Below are positions 18,599 to 29,405 of a DNA stretch of 64,000 nt, piece by piece. Made by a program: the position numbers and the translations under genes. The stretch covers positions 32,001 to 96,000 of the forward strand of contig CAXBMO010000018.1 of the NCBI GenBank assembly GCA_963977015.1. Reading direction: 5' to 3'. The notes below the pieces were generated by a model. The model was not told the DNA's origin. It was given only the letters and a program-made list of their open reading frames with translations, and did no database searches. Positions within the stretch are counted from its first letter, which is position 1. Every line of letters begins with the position of its first letter. The stretch is from an uncultured bacterium. Its GTDB lineage: Bacteria > Verrucomicrobiota > Verrucomicrobiia > Verrucomicrobiales > DEV007.

Positions 18599-19993
18599 CT
18601 AGGCAAGAATGTCGTGCAGCACGTTGCCGTGAACATCGGTCAACCGGACGTCCCGCCCCGCGTATCGATAGGTAAGGTCTTCGTGGTCGATCCCGACCTG
18701 GTGGAGGACGGTGGCCCAGAGATCGAAGATGGTCGCTTTCCCATCCACGACATGGTAGCCGTAATCGTCCGTGGCGCCGTAGGCGGTGCCACCTTTGATT
18801 CCGCCGCCAGCCATCCAAACACTGAATCCAAAGGGATTGTGATCGCGGCCATTTGAACCTTGGGAAAATGGGGTTCGGCCAAATTCTCCCGTGAAAATAA
18901 TGAGCGTTTCATCAAGCATGCCGCGTTGCTTGAGGTCCTTGATCAATGCGGCAATGGGCTGATCGACCTGTTGCCCCATGGCGCGATGTCCCTCTTCGAG
19001 CGCGCCATGTTGATCCCAGGGATTGGGGGCTCCGCCAGCTCCAAGCTTTTTGGTTAGGCACGAGAGTTCGACAAAGCGGACGCCGCGCTCCACCAATCGC
19101 CGTGCGAGGATGGCTTGCCGGGCGTAGGCCGCTTTTTCGGGATCGGGATCGTCGAGCCCGTAGAGCTTTTTCGTAATCTCGCTTTCGCCACGCAGGTCAC
19201 AGACTTCCGGCACGGCGGATTGCATGCGGAAGGCGGTCTCGTAGTTCATGATGGCGGCTTCCACATCTGCGTCGCCACCGGTGGATTTGGCGAAGCCCTG
19301 ATCGAGACGGTTCACAAAGTCCAATCTGGATCGCTGAATGGACGCAACCTGGGACGGCGCAACGTTGGGGATGGCCGGTGTGTTGTCTGCCTTGATGATG
19401 GAAGCCTGGTGCTGGGCGGGAAGAAATCCGCTGCTGAACAACCCAACGCCCCCATGAGGCGCGACGGCGTGCCCACTCTGCAGGACCACATAGCTGGGCA
19501 GGTTTTCGTTGGCAGAACCAAGCCCATAGCTCATCCAGGCACCGGCGCTGGGGTGGCCCAAAAACGGAAAGCCGGAATGGATCATGAAGTTCCCTTGCGC
19601 ATGCTCGTTCACGGGAGTGGTCATGGAGCGGATGACCGCGATGTCGTCGGCACAGTCTCCGATTTGTTCGAAGATCTCGCTGACGGGCAACCCGCTTTCC
19701 CCGCGATTGCGAAACGCGAACGGGCTGGGCATGATCTTGCCGTTGTTGTTGAACTGGGTCCGCTCAACCTTCATCGGCATCTCCTGGCCCGCTTCCTTCT
19801 TGAGCCTTGGCTTGGGATCAAAGGAATCGACGTGGGAGACGCCACCCGACATGTAGCAGAGAATGACGTTCTTGGCCTTGGCCTTTGGCAGGGCGGCGTT
19901 CGTATTGGGAGCCAGCAAACCTGACAAGGCGACCAAGCCGAACCCACTCGAGGCGCGGGCGAGGATCTGGCGGCGGGAGATTTCAGCGAACAT
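18599..19993 (-). CDS. DUF1501 domain protein
   Basis: [47 protein letters not shown]; start placed at MFAEIS. Confidence 0.92.
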   Translation of the reverse strand: MFAEISRRQILARASSGFGLVALSGLLAPNTNAALPKAKAKNVILCYMSGGVSHVDSFDPKPRLKKEAGQEMPMKVERTQFNNNGKIMPSPFAFRNRGESGLPVSEIFEQIGDCADDIAVIRSMTTPVNEHAQGNFMIHSGFPFLGHPSAGAWMSYGLGSANENLPSYVVLQSGHAVAPHGGVGLFSSGFLPAQHQASIIKADNTPAIPNVAPSQVASIQRSRLDFVNRLDQGFAKSTGGDADVEAAIMNYETAFRMQSAVPEVCDLRGESEITKKLYGLDDPDPEKAAYARQAILARRLVERGVRFVELSCLTKKLGAGGAPNPWDQHGALEEGHRAMGQQVDQPIAALIKDLKQRGMLDETLIIFTGEFGRTPFSQGSNGRDHNPFGFSVWMAGGGIKGGTAYGATDDYGYHVVDGKATIFDLWATVLHQVGIDHEDLTYRYAGRDVRLTDVHGNVLHDILA

Positions 19994-22900
19994 AGATGAA
20001 TTCCTTGAGGTTAAAGATGGAGTGGGCAAGATCGATCCAGGGTTGGTTTTCACCGACCGGTTGACCGTAGTCCCTGAGCTGGGATTCGAGGTCACGAATC
20101 CCGGATTCCAATTCCTGGAGCCGCGATGTTTGTGATGGGGTGAGGGCGGCGAGCACCTGGTTTTCGCTGACAAAACGGCGACCATGAGCCGAGGCGGCCA
20201 CTTCCTCCGGAGAGAGCGCCCGGTTAAAGAGTTTCGCCTCGTGGATGCGCCCCTTCAACATTCGATTCCCGCCGACTCCGGTTCCATGACGCAGACCGAA
20301 GACAAGCTGGGTCTGGCCGGATTTGAAGGGATTCAGGTTCGTCTGGCGATAGGGAGACCCATAGGGCTGACCATTGCGGTAAGCGCGGATGGTGCCGTCC
20401 GCATCATAGGCGATGGTGATGCAAACCGGCAGGGAGGAGGCGTCCGTTTCCGGCCCGCCTTCAAAGCTTCTCGTGCGCTGGTGATGATTGCTCCCAGCCA
20501 ACCAATGCCCTTTCTTCATCTCGGCGAAGACGATGGAATCAAAGACGGCCCCGTTGCTATCCTGAACGGTCATGACACCCCCACCACGCTGATCGAGATT
20601 CTCGAGCTGGACGACGACTTCGAGGGTTTTTTCCTGGAGATCCAGATTGAGCGGAGGCGTGCTGACGTAACCTCCGCCATCCAGAACCAAGGCGTCATCT
20701 TCGAGCCTTGCCGTTCCGTTGGCCTTGCCGTTCAGGTTCGCAAGTTCATCCCGAAGATTCCCGTCAAATTTCCAGTAGGCAAAGGGTTCGGGTCCAGCGA
20801 GAGCCGCTTCACCCTCGGAATTCAACGCGGCCTCCAACCGTGTCCGGACCGGTTGCTTGATGGATGCGACCTCGTGTTTCAGGCGCTGAATTTCCTCGAC
20901 CAACTGAGTCCGCTCGCGTTCCACGCCTTCGTAGCGTTGCTCCATGTCCTTCAGAAATTCGTTGGCTGCGCGGAGTTCGTCGGACGTCGGTTTTCTGCCC
21001 AGCGCCGTCGACCACATGTCCCCGATGCTTGGCGATTGACTGGCGAAGTTGGAAGCGGCGTTCGCAACAAACCGGTCATTCATCAGCATCAACGATTGAG
21101 CGGGCACGTTGGTAACATCGCGGCTTCCCTTGGTGGAGAACGGAACGGGTGCATCAAACGTCGTGAGAAAGGGATCCATGCGATTGCGGATCACGGAAAC
21201 GTAGACCGAGCGCCGATTCGAGGTTCCCGAGGCGGGAGGGCCGAAGAGCGACAAGTCCAGATTTCCCGACACGGCGAGGAACTGGTCGCGAATCGCCTCG
21301 GCTTCCAAGCGGCGGACATTGGCATGCGACAGGAGCCGGTTGGAAGGGTCCGTGGTTGCGGCGATCCTGCTGGGATGACTTGCCTGCTGCCAGGTTTCGC
21401 TCGTCACCAAAAAGCGGATCAACGATTTGAGCGACCAATCATCCTTCTCCTCAAATCGCGTTGCCAGGTAGTCCAGCAGCTCCGGGTGCGTCGGCTCCAC
21501 GCCCAGCCGCCCAAAGTTGTCCGTCGTCGAAACCAGACCGTTTCCAAACAGGTGATGCCAGATGCGGTTCACGATGACGCGACTGGTAAAGGGATTGTCG
21601 CGGCGGAACAGATCGTCGGCCAGTTCGAGACGCCCGCTGATGTTCGACTGATAAGGCGTGTCATCAATGGCATCGAGAAAGCGGCGTGAAACGGGCTGCA
21701 GTGGCTTTTTGTGATCGCCGCGATTATAGAGCGGTTGATCCACACCCTTCCATTCGGCCAGGGTCGGAATTCGGGTTGCCACGGGAATGGCCGCCTCCAA
21801 CTCGCGATAGCTCTCGATCAATGGTTTCGCCGTCGGCAACTTGCCGAGCTCGTTCGGTAGCATCCCGCGCTCCAACGCCTTGCTGAGGATCAGGCTCTCG
21901 GCGTTGGTGATGGTCTGGTCACGCCAGGCTTCGACGGCGTTCTTCAAGGCGGTCCGGTCGACCGATTGGCGAACGGGTTTCGGGCCGGGTTCCCCCTTCT
22001 TCACCAACCAGGCTTCGCGGATTCCAAACCAGGAACGATCCTTGTTCTTCACCAGGAGCGGCGCGTCGCGAGCGGTGGCGAGTTCGATGTGGATGTCGTC
22101 GCCATCCCAATAGGCCAGGTCGAACTTCAGCCAACGCCATCCGCGTTGCTTGTCGTCATCCTTCAGCCCTATGACCTTGTAGACCGTTCCGCTGCGAGGG
22201 TAGTTTTGAACGACGTAACGAGCCATGGCCTCCCCTCCCCCGCGAACGTGGAGATAAAGCTCATACGCGCCATCGAGATGAAGATCCGGCGACGTCAGGA
22301 CGGCTCCCGCTTTGTCGGTGATCAGGTTCGAGTAGGCTCCGGCCGGAAAGAGGTCGACAAGCGCATTCGCTCCCTGCGGCGCGATGGCGAATTCTCCCGG
22401 TTCCGACGGTTTCTGCGGCAACCCGTCGCCATACTGAAACCACGCTTCATAGGTTTCGGGATCCGACAAATCCCAATGCCGGCTTCCGCCCGAAATTTGA
22501 TGATCCACGACTTCCAGAGCGTCTCCGGACTCGGGAAGTTGCGCCAACCAATCGGACGCGATCGCGGCGCGAATCTCAGGCTTCAAGCCGGTCAAGGCCT
22601 CGCGATTCACCAGGCGTTTCTCAGGAAGATCAATCGCCGCGCTGGCGGGCCGGGTTGATCCCAGGATTCCAAAGAGCGCGTAGTAATCGGCCTGGCTGAT
22701 CGCATCAAACTTGTGGTTGTGGCAGCGGGCGCAACTTACCGTCAGCCCCAGAAATGCCTTGGTGAAAACGTTGATCTGATCATCGGTAAAGCGCACTTTT
22801 TCGTCCAAGGCATCGGTCGGAGCGAACCCGTGAAAAACCATGCGCCAATGAGCGGTCCCGATCAGTGATTCATTGATCGCCAGTTCGGGATTGATTCGTG

Positions 22901-23774
22901 GATTGGGCAGCAAGTCTCCCGCAACGTGTTCCCGAACCAACTGATCATACGGAATGTCGGCGTTGAGCGCGCGGATGAGATAATCCCGGTAAAGGTGAGC
23001 ATTGGGAATCCGGGGATCGCCTTCCGATCCGTGGGTCTCGGCATAACGAATCCAGTCCATCCAATGCCGCGCCCATTTCTCGCCAAAGTGAGGACTGGCG
23101 AGCAATTCATCGATCACGCGCTGAGCGCCTTTTTCCTCGAATGCTGCGATTTGCTCCGGCGTTGGTGGCAGGCCAATCAAGGCAAAGTAGAGACGCCTTG
23201 CCAGGATGTGGGTTTCCGCTGGGAAGGAAGGCTCCAGTCCCGCGGTTGCCAGTTTTTGGCGAATAAATCCATCCACGGGATGCCCGTCTCCCGGCGGCGT
23301 CAGGTCGCGTCGGATCGGCTGAAAACTCCACCATGCCTTGCGGCGTTCCAGGACCGCCTCCCAACTTGCGTCTTCCGCCAATTCCTCGGCACTGGGCGGA
23401 GCGTCGCGAGGATCCGGCGCGCCCATGTTCACCCATTGCACGAAGTCCGCAATGATGGCGTCATCCAGCATCACGCCCGCTTTGGGCATTTCCAGATCCT
23501 CAAACTCGTGGCGAATCGCCTGAATCAGCAAACTCTCGTCCGCATTGCCCGGGATGATGACCGGCCCGGAGGTTCCCCCCTTCATCATCGGCTCGCGATG
23601 ATCCAGAATAAGCCTGCCTTTGGCTTTCCCATTTGAGTTGTGACATTCGTAGCAGTCCTGAGCCAGCACCGGGCGAATTCTCGATTCAAAGAATTCGATT
23701 CCTTCCGAGGAAAACGCCGGGGTCGAAGCCAAAACGACGACCGAGAGACTGAGGGTGCGAAGGAACGGGGTCAT
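19983..23774 (-). CDS. Planctomycete cytochrome c / DUF1549 / DUF1553 protein with a LamG-like domain
   Basis: Signal peptide, [29 protein letters not shown]-terminal [20 protein letters not shown]. Confidence 0.92.
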   Translation of the reverse strand: MTPFLRTLSLSVVVLASTPAFSSEGIEFFESRIRPVLAQDCYECHNSNGKAKGRLILDHREPMMKGGTSGPVIIPGNADESLLIQAIRHEFEDLEMPKAGVMLDDAIIADFVQWVNMGAPDPRDAPPSAEELAEDASWEAVLERRKAWWSFQPIRRDLTPPGDGHPVDGFIRQKLATAGLEPSFPAETHILARRLYFALIGLPPTPEQIAAFEEKGAQRVIDELLASPHFGEKWARHWMDWIRYAETHGSEGDPRIPNAHLYRDYLIRALNADIPYDQLVREHVAGDLLPNPRINPELAINESLIGTAHWRMVFHGFAPTDALDEKVRFTDDQINVFTKAFLGLTVSCARCHNHKFDAISQADYYALFGILGSTRPASAAIDLPEKRLVNREALTGLKPEIRAAIASDWLAQLPESGDALEVVDHQISGGSRHWDLSDPETYEAWFQYGDGLPQKPSEPGEFAIAPQGANALVDLFPAGAYSNLITDKAGAVLTSPDLHLDGAYELYLHVRGGGEAMARYVVQNYPRSGTVYKVIGLKDDDKQRGWRWLKFDLAYWDGDDIHIELATARDAPLLVKNKDRSWFGIREAWLVKKGEPGPKPVRQSVDRTALKNAVEAWRDQTITNAESLILSKALERGMLPNELGKLPTAKPLIESYRELEAAIPVATRIPTLAEWKGVDQPLYNRGDHKKPLQPVSRRFLDAIDDTPYQSNISGRLELADDLFRRDNPFTSRVIVNRIWHHLFGNGLVSTTDNFGRLGVEPTHPELLDYLATRFEEKDDWSLKSLIRFLVTSETWQQASHPSRIAATTDPSNRLLSHANVRRLEAEAIRDQFLAVSGNLDLSLFGPPASGTSNRRSVYVSVIRNRMDPFLTTFDAPVPFSTKGSRDVTNVPAQSLMLMNDRFVANAASNFASQSPSIGDMWSTALGRKPTSDELRAANEFLKDMEQRYEGVERERTQLVEEIQRLKHEVASIKQPVRTRLEAALNSEGEAALAGPEPFAYWKFDGNLRDELANLNGKANGTARLEDDALVLDGGGYVSTPPLNLDLQEKTLEVVVQLENLDQRGGGVMTVQDSNGAVFDSIVFAEMKKGHWLAGSNHHQRTRSFEGGPETDASSLPVCITIAYDADGTIRAYRNGQPYGSPYRQTNLNPFKSGQTQLVFGLRHGTGVGGNRMLKGRIHEAKLFNRALSPEEVAASAHGRRFVSENQVLAALTPSQTSRLQELESGIRDLESQLRDYGQPVGENQPWIDLAHSIFNLKEFIYVR

Positions 23775-23782
23775 GAGAGGGG

Positions 23783-24565
23783 TTAACTAAGGAGTCGTTG
23801 GCGAATCAGGTTCGCTGCGGCGAGGGTCTTTTCACCAAAGTCCTGGAAGCCGGATTCCGGCAGGCGAAAAATCGGAGCGATCACCGTGATGGCCGCGACG
23901 GGATAGGCGTGGCTGTTGAGAATTGGCGCGGCGATGCAGTGGATGCCCTCCAACCCTTCCTCGCGATCCACCGCGTATCCGCGTTTCGAGGTTTCCTCCA
24001 AATCCGCCGTCAACTTGGTGTGGGTGTCGAGGGTTTTCGGGGTGAAGGATTTCAGGTTCACCTCTTTCAGCCAGCTTTCGAATTCGTTGTCGGGCAAATG
24101 AGCCAGGATCGCCTTTCCCGGCGCACAGGAATAGAGCGGGATTCGCATCCCAACCGCCCCCATCACCTGAATCGGATGAAGCCCGGCCGCCTGCTCCAGC
24201 ACGACGCCATGCCTGCCGGAACGAACCATGAGCTGGGCCGTTTCGCCGGTTTGATCGCGGAGGGTCTGCAATCCTTCGTAGGAGCAAACCACTAGGCTCT
24301 TCTCGTTCACCTTGGGTCGCCCCAGGTCGAAAAAGCGATTGCTGAGCGTGAACCGTTTGTCGGACTCCCGCCGGTGAACGTAGCCCCGGGCAAACAGCGC
24401 ATTGGCGATGCGATACACCGAGTTCTGGGGAAGTTCCGTAGCGCGAACCAATTCCGAGAGCGTCAATCCAGCGGGTTCCTGACTCAAGGCTTCGAGAATA
24501 TCGAGGGCGCGGTCGGTGCTGGGCGACTGAGAGACCGGCTTGGAAGGTTCGACGTATTGAGACAT
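23783..24565 (-). CDS. IclR-family transcriptional regulator
   Basis: [41 protein letters not shown]. Confidence 0.93.
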   Translation of the reverse strand: MSQYVEPSKPVSQSPSTDRALDILEALSQEPAGLTLSELVRATELPQNSVYRIANALFARGYVHRRESDKRFTLSNRFFDLGRPKVNEKSLVVCSYEGLQTLRDQTGETAQLMVRSGRHGVVLEQAAGLHPIQVMGAVGMRIPLYSCAPGKAILAHLPDNEFESWLKEVNLKSFTPKTLDTHTKLTADLEETSKRGYAVDREEGLEGIHCIAAPILNSHAYPVAAITVIAPIFRLPESGFQDFGEKTLAAANLIRQRLLS

Positions 24566-24570
24566 GTTTT

Positions 24571-24600
24571 TCTAAATTTAGATCTATTTCCAAATCTAGA
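24571..24600. promoter_or_regulatory. Two related 12-bp palindromes, candidate IclR operator
   Basis: TCTAAATTTAGA (24571-24582, perfect) and TCCAAATCTAGA (24589-24600), directly upstream of the IclR start. Confidence 0.55.
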
Positions 24601-24799
24601 CAATTCACCACCTCCCAGAGACGATCCTTTCACGAAGTTCAACAACCGTGCGTTCAAGGCCTCCAGTTTGGCTGCTCGGACTCGGTCTGGCGCCAGGCTC
24701 AAATGCCACGTCAGCCGGTTTTTCGAACCAGTGCCAATCCCGGGCAGATTTGAGCCGGATTCGTTGACAAACGCGGCGTCTCAGGTTGGTGTGATCAGT

Positions 24800-27700
24800 A
24801 TGCCCCTTAAATCCCTCGCCTTCGTTCTTTTCCTAACTCTGTTCGCCCCGTTTTCCGGCTTTGCGCAGGACAAAAAAATCATCTGCTTTGTCGGCCACCG
24901 CACGTCTCACGGCTTTGGTAAACACGAGTATCACGCCGGCAATCATCTGATCGGCGAATGGCTCGAAAAAGCCTATCCCGGCCAGATTGAAGCTCGCTAC
25001 TCCGTCAATTGGCCCGAGAACGAAACCGAGTTTTTCGCCAATGCCGATTCGGTGGTGTTTTTCTGTTCGGGCGGCGGCGGGCACCTCGTCAACAACCACG
25101 TTCCCTTCTTTGATCAAGTGATGAAGACCGGGGCGGGGTTGGCCTGCCTGCATTACGCGGTGGAGGTGCCAATCGGGCCGAGCGCAAAAGGGATGCTCAA
25201 CTGGATGGGCGGCTATTTTGAGGCGAACTGGTCGGTGAATCCGCATTGGGTGGCCGACTTCCAACTCTTTCCGAACCACCCGGCGGCGAATGGGGTCAAG
25301 CCGTTCAAGAGCGATGACGAGTGGTATTTCCACATGCGTTTTCGCGGCGATATGGAAGGGATCGTGCCGATTTTAAGCGCAGTGGCGCCGGCTGAAACCA
25401 TGAAGCGCGGCGATGGCCCACACTCGGGAAATCCGACGGTGCGGAAAGCGGTCGCGGCGAGGGAGCCTCAGCACGTGGCGTGGACCTACCAACGCGGCGA
25501 TGATTACCAGCAGGGACGCGGTTTTGGCTTCACCGGCCTGCACTACCATTGGAACTGGCTCGACGACAGCTTCCGGAAGACCGTGCTGAACGGCGTGGCC
25601 TGGTCGGCTAAGCTGCCGATTCCCGAAAACGGCGTCGAGTCCGCCCGCCCCACGAAAGAGGAGCTGGAGGCGAACGTCCTGGAATACGGCGGTGCCCAAA
25701 ACCGGAAACCTCAACCGAAGAAAGCCGCGAAGGCGGAGTCTGGGCCCTCGCCCGTCAATCCCAACGCCAAGCCGATCTGGGAATCGCCGGTCGTCAACGA
25801 GTCCACGCCGGGAATGGCGGTGGCGGTTGACATCGCGATCCCGACAGGCACGAAGGAACTTTATCTCGCGGTTTCCGATGTCGATGGGATGTCCTTTGAT
25901 TGGGCCAACTGGATCGAGCCCAAATTGATCCTTGCCGATGGAGCCGAGAAAAAGCTGACGGATCTGCATTGGAAGAGCGCCAGCGTCGGTTGGGGGAATG
26001 CTCACAAGAACCGAAACGCCGGCGGGAAGGAAATGATGACGGCGGGAAAAAAGATTCCGTTTGGAGTTGGAGTGCACGCCCCTTCGATGTTGGTTTACGA
26101 GATTCCAGATGGTGTGAAACGATTTCAGGGCAGGGTCGGGATCGACAATGGCGGCAGTGACCAGAACGGCCAATCCACGATTCGCTTTCACATTTTTAAC
26201 GAGAATCCTGGCGCGTTCGCGAAGAAATCCAGCGGCGGGGGCGGTGGGAATGCTGCAGGCCATGATCCCGGTGAGGCGCTCGATTCCCTCAACGTTCATC
26301 CCGAGCTGAAGGCGCAACTCTTCGCGAGTGAGCCGATGATCCTCAGCCCCAGCGCGATTGATGTGGATGCGCAGGGACGCGCCTGGGTTTGCGAAGTCAT
26401 CAACTATCGCCGTCACCAGGGAAAACGCCCCGAAGGCGATCGCATCGTGATTCTGGAAGACACGGATGGTGACGCGAAGGCTGACAAGTCGACCGTTTTC
26501 TATCAGGGCACGGATATTGACTCGGCGCATGGAATTTGCGTGCTGGGTGATCGGGTCATCATCTCCGCCGGCGATGACGTCTTCAGCCTGTACGATCGCA
26601 ATGGCGACGGGAAAGCGGATCCGGGCAGCAAGGAGCTGATGTTCACGAAGATCGGCGGGAAGCAGCACGATCACGGCATCCACGCCTTTCATTTTGGGCC
26701 GGATGGCCGCCTCTATTTCAACTTTGGAAACGCCGGCAAGCAGCTTTGTGATGCGGAAGGCAAGATCGTCATCGACATCGCCGGAAACGAGGTCCGTGGC
26801 GGAAATCTGCCCTATCAGGAAGGGATGGTGTTCCGCTGCGAATTGGATGGGTCGAATGTCGAGACGCTCGGCTGGAACTTCCGCAACAACTGGGAAGCGG
26901 TGCCGGATTCGTTCGGCACGGTTTGGCAGAGTGACAATGACGACGACGGTAACCTCGGTGTTCGGATCAACTACGTCATGGAATATGGGAACTACGGTTA
27001 CAAGGACGAAAAGACACGAGCAGGTTGGCGCGATCCCCGTCCCAATCTCGAAGCGGAAATCCCCCTTCGTCATTGGCATCTGAATGATCCTGGCGTCGTC
27101 CCAAACCTGATCCAGACCGGAGCTGGTTCGCCCACCGGAATCTGCGTTTATGAAGGCGACCTGCTTCCCGAGATTTTTCGCGGTCAACCGATTCACAGTG
27201 ATGCGGGACCAAACGTGGTTCGAGCTTACGTTACGGAGAATGACGGCGCGGGTTACTCGGCGGAGATGGTGAACATTCTGGATTCCTCCAAAGATCGCTG
27301 GTTTCGGCCGAGCGACGTGTGTGTCGCGCCTGATGGATCGTTGATCGTCGCGGATTGGTATGATCCCGGCGTCGGTGGGCACGGGATGGGAGACCTTGAG
27401 CGCGGCCGAATTTTTCGGGTGACGGTTCCCGGGAAAGAACGCTATCAATCGCCCAAAGAGGCTTCGCTCGGCAGTCCGAACAAGGACGCGTTTTACCAGG
27501 CCTGGCAGAAAGTTGCCGACAAGGAGAACTCCCGTGGAGAGCTTGAGAAGCATTTCGCAGGCGCCACACCTGCCGATCAAGTAACCAGGGCGCGCTCCCT
27601 CTGGCTTTTGGCTCGGCTCGATCCCCGCGCCGCGACCGTGGCTCTCGGCGATTCCGAACCCAAGATCCGCATGGTCGCCCTTCGCGCGATTCGCCAGCTC

Positions 27701-29140
27701 TATCCCGACCTGCTTCTTGATGCCTGCACCAAACTGGCCAACGACGCCGATCCCCAGGTTCGCCGGGAAGTCGCGATTGCGATCCGGTTCGACGGCAGCG
27801 CCAAAGCCAACGAAATCTGGGCAACGCTTGCAGGAAACCTTGAACCCGGCGATCGCTGGGGACTCGAAGCCCTGGGAATTGGCGCCGACCTGCATTGGGA
27901 CGCGAGGTGGGCTGCGTTTGAGAATCTCGACGACCAACCGGCAGCATCGTATCATCATGTTTCCTGGCGGGCTCGCGACTCCCAAGCCGCGTGGCGCACC
28001 GCAAATTACTTGGAGGGCAACACGCCAAAGCCGGACGCCGCCAAACATCTTCGCAAGCTCCATTTCGTCGATCAGGAACAACGCGATGAAGCCTATCGCC
28101 GGATCTTTCTGACGGCATCGCCGGATGCGGCGCTGTTCGCCGCCGGTCAACTTGGCCCCGACAAGATCAAGACGATCGATGGCGGTCCAGCCCGGCTCGA
28201 TTCGCTGCTCGGGCCGATTCGCGGCAAAGCTGAGTTTGTCCAACTCGCGGCAACGCTCAATCTTCGCGGTTTCGGGGACGAATTGATCGGCTTCATCGTG
28301 ACCAATCCCGGCAGCTCCGAATCCGTCACCGCTGCAAGGCTGTTGTTGAATGATCGCGGTGCGATTTTCCCAATTCTACGCGGCAAAGACACCGCCAAGG
28401 CGGAGGCGGTCGCGACGGCGTTCGGCAAAACCGGCGATCGCAATGCGACCAGACTTCTCGCCGACGAATTGAAACGAGCAGAGGTAAGTCCCGCCACCAA
28501 AGTTTCCATCGTCCGTGCGTTGGCGATCTCCAATCAAGGCGGGCGCGAACTCCTTGGCCTTGCCCAGAAAAATCAGCTCAGCGACGCGCTGAAACCGGTC
28601 GCCGCCCTCAGCCTCTCGCAAAGCGCGGACGGGGGAATTCGGAACGCCGCCGCACAAAGCCTCCCGATCCCGAAGGCGCAAGGTGTCGAGAATTTACCAC
28701 CCGTGGTCAAATTGTTACAAATGAAGGCCGATCCGAAAAACGGCGTCGCCGCGTTTTCGAAAGCCGCCTGCATGACCTGTCACAAGGTGAAGGGCCAATT
28801 CATCGACTTCGGACCGGATCTCAGCGAAATCGGGAACAAGCTTTCCAAGGAGGCGATGTTTGAGGCGATTCTGTATCCGAGTGTCGCCATCAGCCACGGG
28901 TTTCACGGGGTCGCCCTCAAAACGAACAGTGGAGAAACCTTCAGTGGCTACATTACGGGGGAAACCGACGACGAAGTCACCTTGCGATTGCCCGGCGGAG
29001 TCAGCCGGGCCTTTCCCACGAAGGATCTCTCTGCTCGCGAAAATCTGGAGCAGAGCCTGATGCCTCCGGGATTGGCGGCGGCCCTGACGACTCAGGAGCT
29101 GGTGGATTTGGTCGCCTACCTCCAGAGTCTCAAGGGCTAG
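24800..29140 (+). CDS. PVC-type membrane-bound dehydrogenase-like protein: ThuA-like + NPCBM/NEW2 + beta-propeller + HEAT + CxxCH heme domain
   Basis: Start MPLKSL with signal peptide; DEWYF (ThuA-like), GVGVHAPS (NPCBM), LFASEPM, FRNNWE, FRPSDV, CMTCHKV...GPDLS, SLMPPGL. Confidence 0.9.
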   Translation: MPLKSLAFVLFLTLFAPFSGFAQDKKIICFVGHRTSHGFGKHEYHAGNHLIGEWLEKAYPGQIEARYSVNWPENETEFFANADSVVFFCSGGGGHLVNNHVPFFDQVMKTGAGLACLHYAVEVPIGPSAKGMLNWMGGYFEANWSVNPHWVADFQLFPNHPAANGVKPFKSDDEWYFHMRFRGDMEGIVPILSAVAPAETMKRGDGPHSGNPTVRKAVAAREPQHVAWTYQRGDDYQQGRGFGFTGLHYHWNWLDDSFRKTVLNGVAWSAKLPIPENGVESARPTKEELEANVLEYGGAQNRKPQPKKAAKAESGPSPVNPNAKPIWESPVVNESTPGMAVAVDIAIPTGTKELYLAVSDVDGMSFDWANWIEPKLILADGAEKKLTDLHWKSASVGWGNAHKNRNAGGKEMMTAGKKIPFGVGVHAPSMLVYEIPDGVKRFQGRVGIDNGGSDQNGQSTIRFHIFNENPGAFAKKSSGGGGGNAAGHDPGEALDSLNVHPELKAQLFASEPMILSPSAIDVDAQGRAWVCEVINYRRHQGKRPEGDRIVILEDTDGDAKADKSTVFYQGTDIDSAHGICVLGDRVIISAGDDVFSLYDRNGDGKADPGSKELMFTKIGGKQHDHGIHAFHFGPDGRLYFNFGNAGKQLCDAEGKIVIDIAGNEVRGGNLPYQEGMVFRCELDGSNVETLGWNFRNNWEAVPDSFGTVWQSDNDDDGNLGVRINYVMEYGNYGYKDEKTRAGWRDPRPNLEAEIPLRHWHLNDPGVVPNLIQTGAGSPTGICVYEGDLLPEIFRGQPIHSDAGPNVVRAYVTENDGAGYSAEMVNILDSSKDRWFRPSDVCVAPDGSLIVADWYDPGVGGHGMGDLERGRIFRVTVPGKERYQSPKEASLGSPNKDAFYQAWQKVADKENSRGELEKHFAGATPADQVTRARSLWLLARLDPRAATVALGDSEPKIRMVALRAIRQLYPDLLLDACTKLANDADPQVRREVAIAIRFDGSAKANEIWATLAGNLEPGDRWGLEALGIGADLHWDARWAAFENLDDQPAASYHHVSWRARDSQAAWRTANYLEGNTPKPDAAKHLRKLHFVDQEQRDEAYRRIFLTASPDAALFAAGQLGPDKIKTIDGGPARLDSLLGPIRGKAEFVQLAATLNLRGFGDELIGFIVTNPGSSESVTAARLLLNDRGAIFPILRGKDTAKAEAVATAFGKTGDRNATRLLADELKRAEVSPATKVSIVRALAISNQGGRELLGLAQKNQLSDALKPVAALSLSQSADGGIRNAAAQSLPIPKAQGVENLPPVVKLLQMKADPKNGVAAFSKAACMTCHKVKGQFIDFGPDLSEIGNKLSKEAMFEAILYPSVAISHGFHGVALKTNSGETFSGYITGETDDEVTLRLPGGVSRAFPTKDLSARENLEQSLMPPGLAAALTTQELVDLVAYLQSLKG

Positions 29141-29327
29141 GAGCGTTTGGAATTGATGACAGACTCGCAAGGTATTGCGAGGGTTGGGTGAAGCGTGGCT
29201 TCGCCCGCGATTGAAACGCGGTTCGGAGCATTGTGACGATGCTCATCGCCGCCCCGAGCCATCATTCCTGGTCGAAAAAGTCACTCGCAGCGCGTCTCGC
29301 CCTCATTTTCAAACGCCGCCCTATGGT

Positions 29328-29356
29328 TTGACAGCCATGAGGCTTATGGCATAAAT
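29328..29356 (+). promoter_or_regulatory. Candidate sigma70 promoter
   Basis: TTGACA, a 17-nt quasi-palindromic spacer GCCATGAGGCTTATGGC, then ATAAAT; 50 nt upstream of 29406. Confidence 0.4.
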
Positions 29357-29405
29357 CCTGCGTTCGCGGGGAGAGACGCAACCACGTTTCCCCCTCTGAA
29401 AACCT

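Noticed and set aside
25373-28243. 956-aa minus-strand ORF, and similar antisense ORFs at 20184-21689, 34703-36286, 37858-39759 and 60182-61621
   Set aside because: They lie antisense to well-supported genes in GC-rich DNA and have no recognisable motifs.
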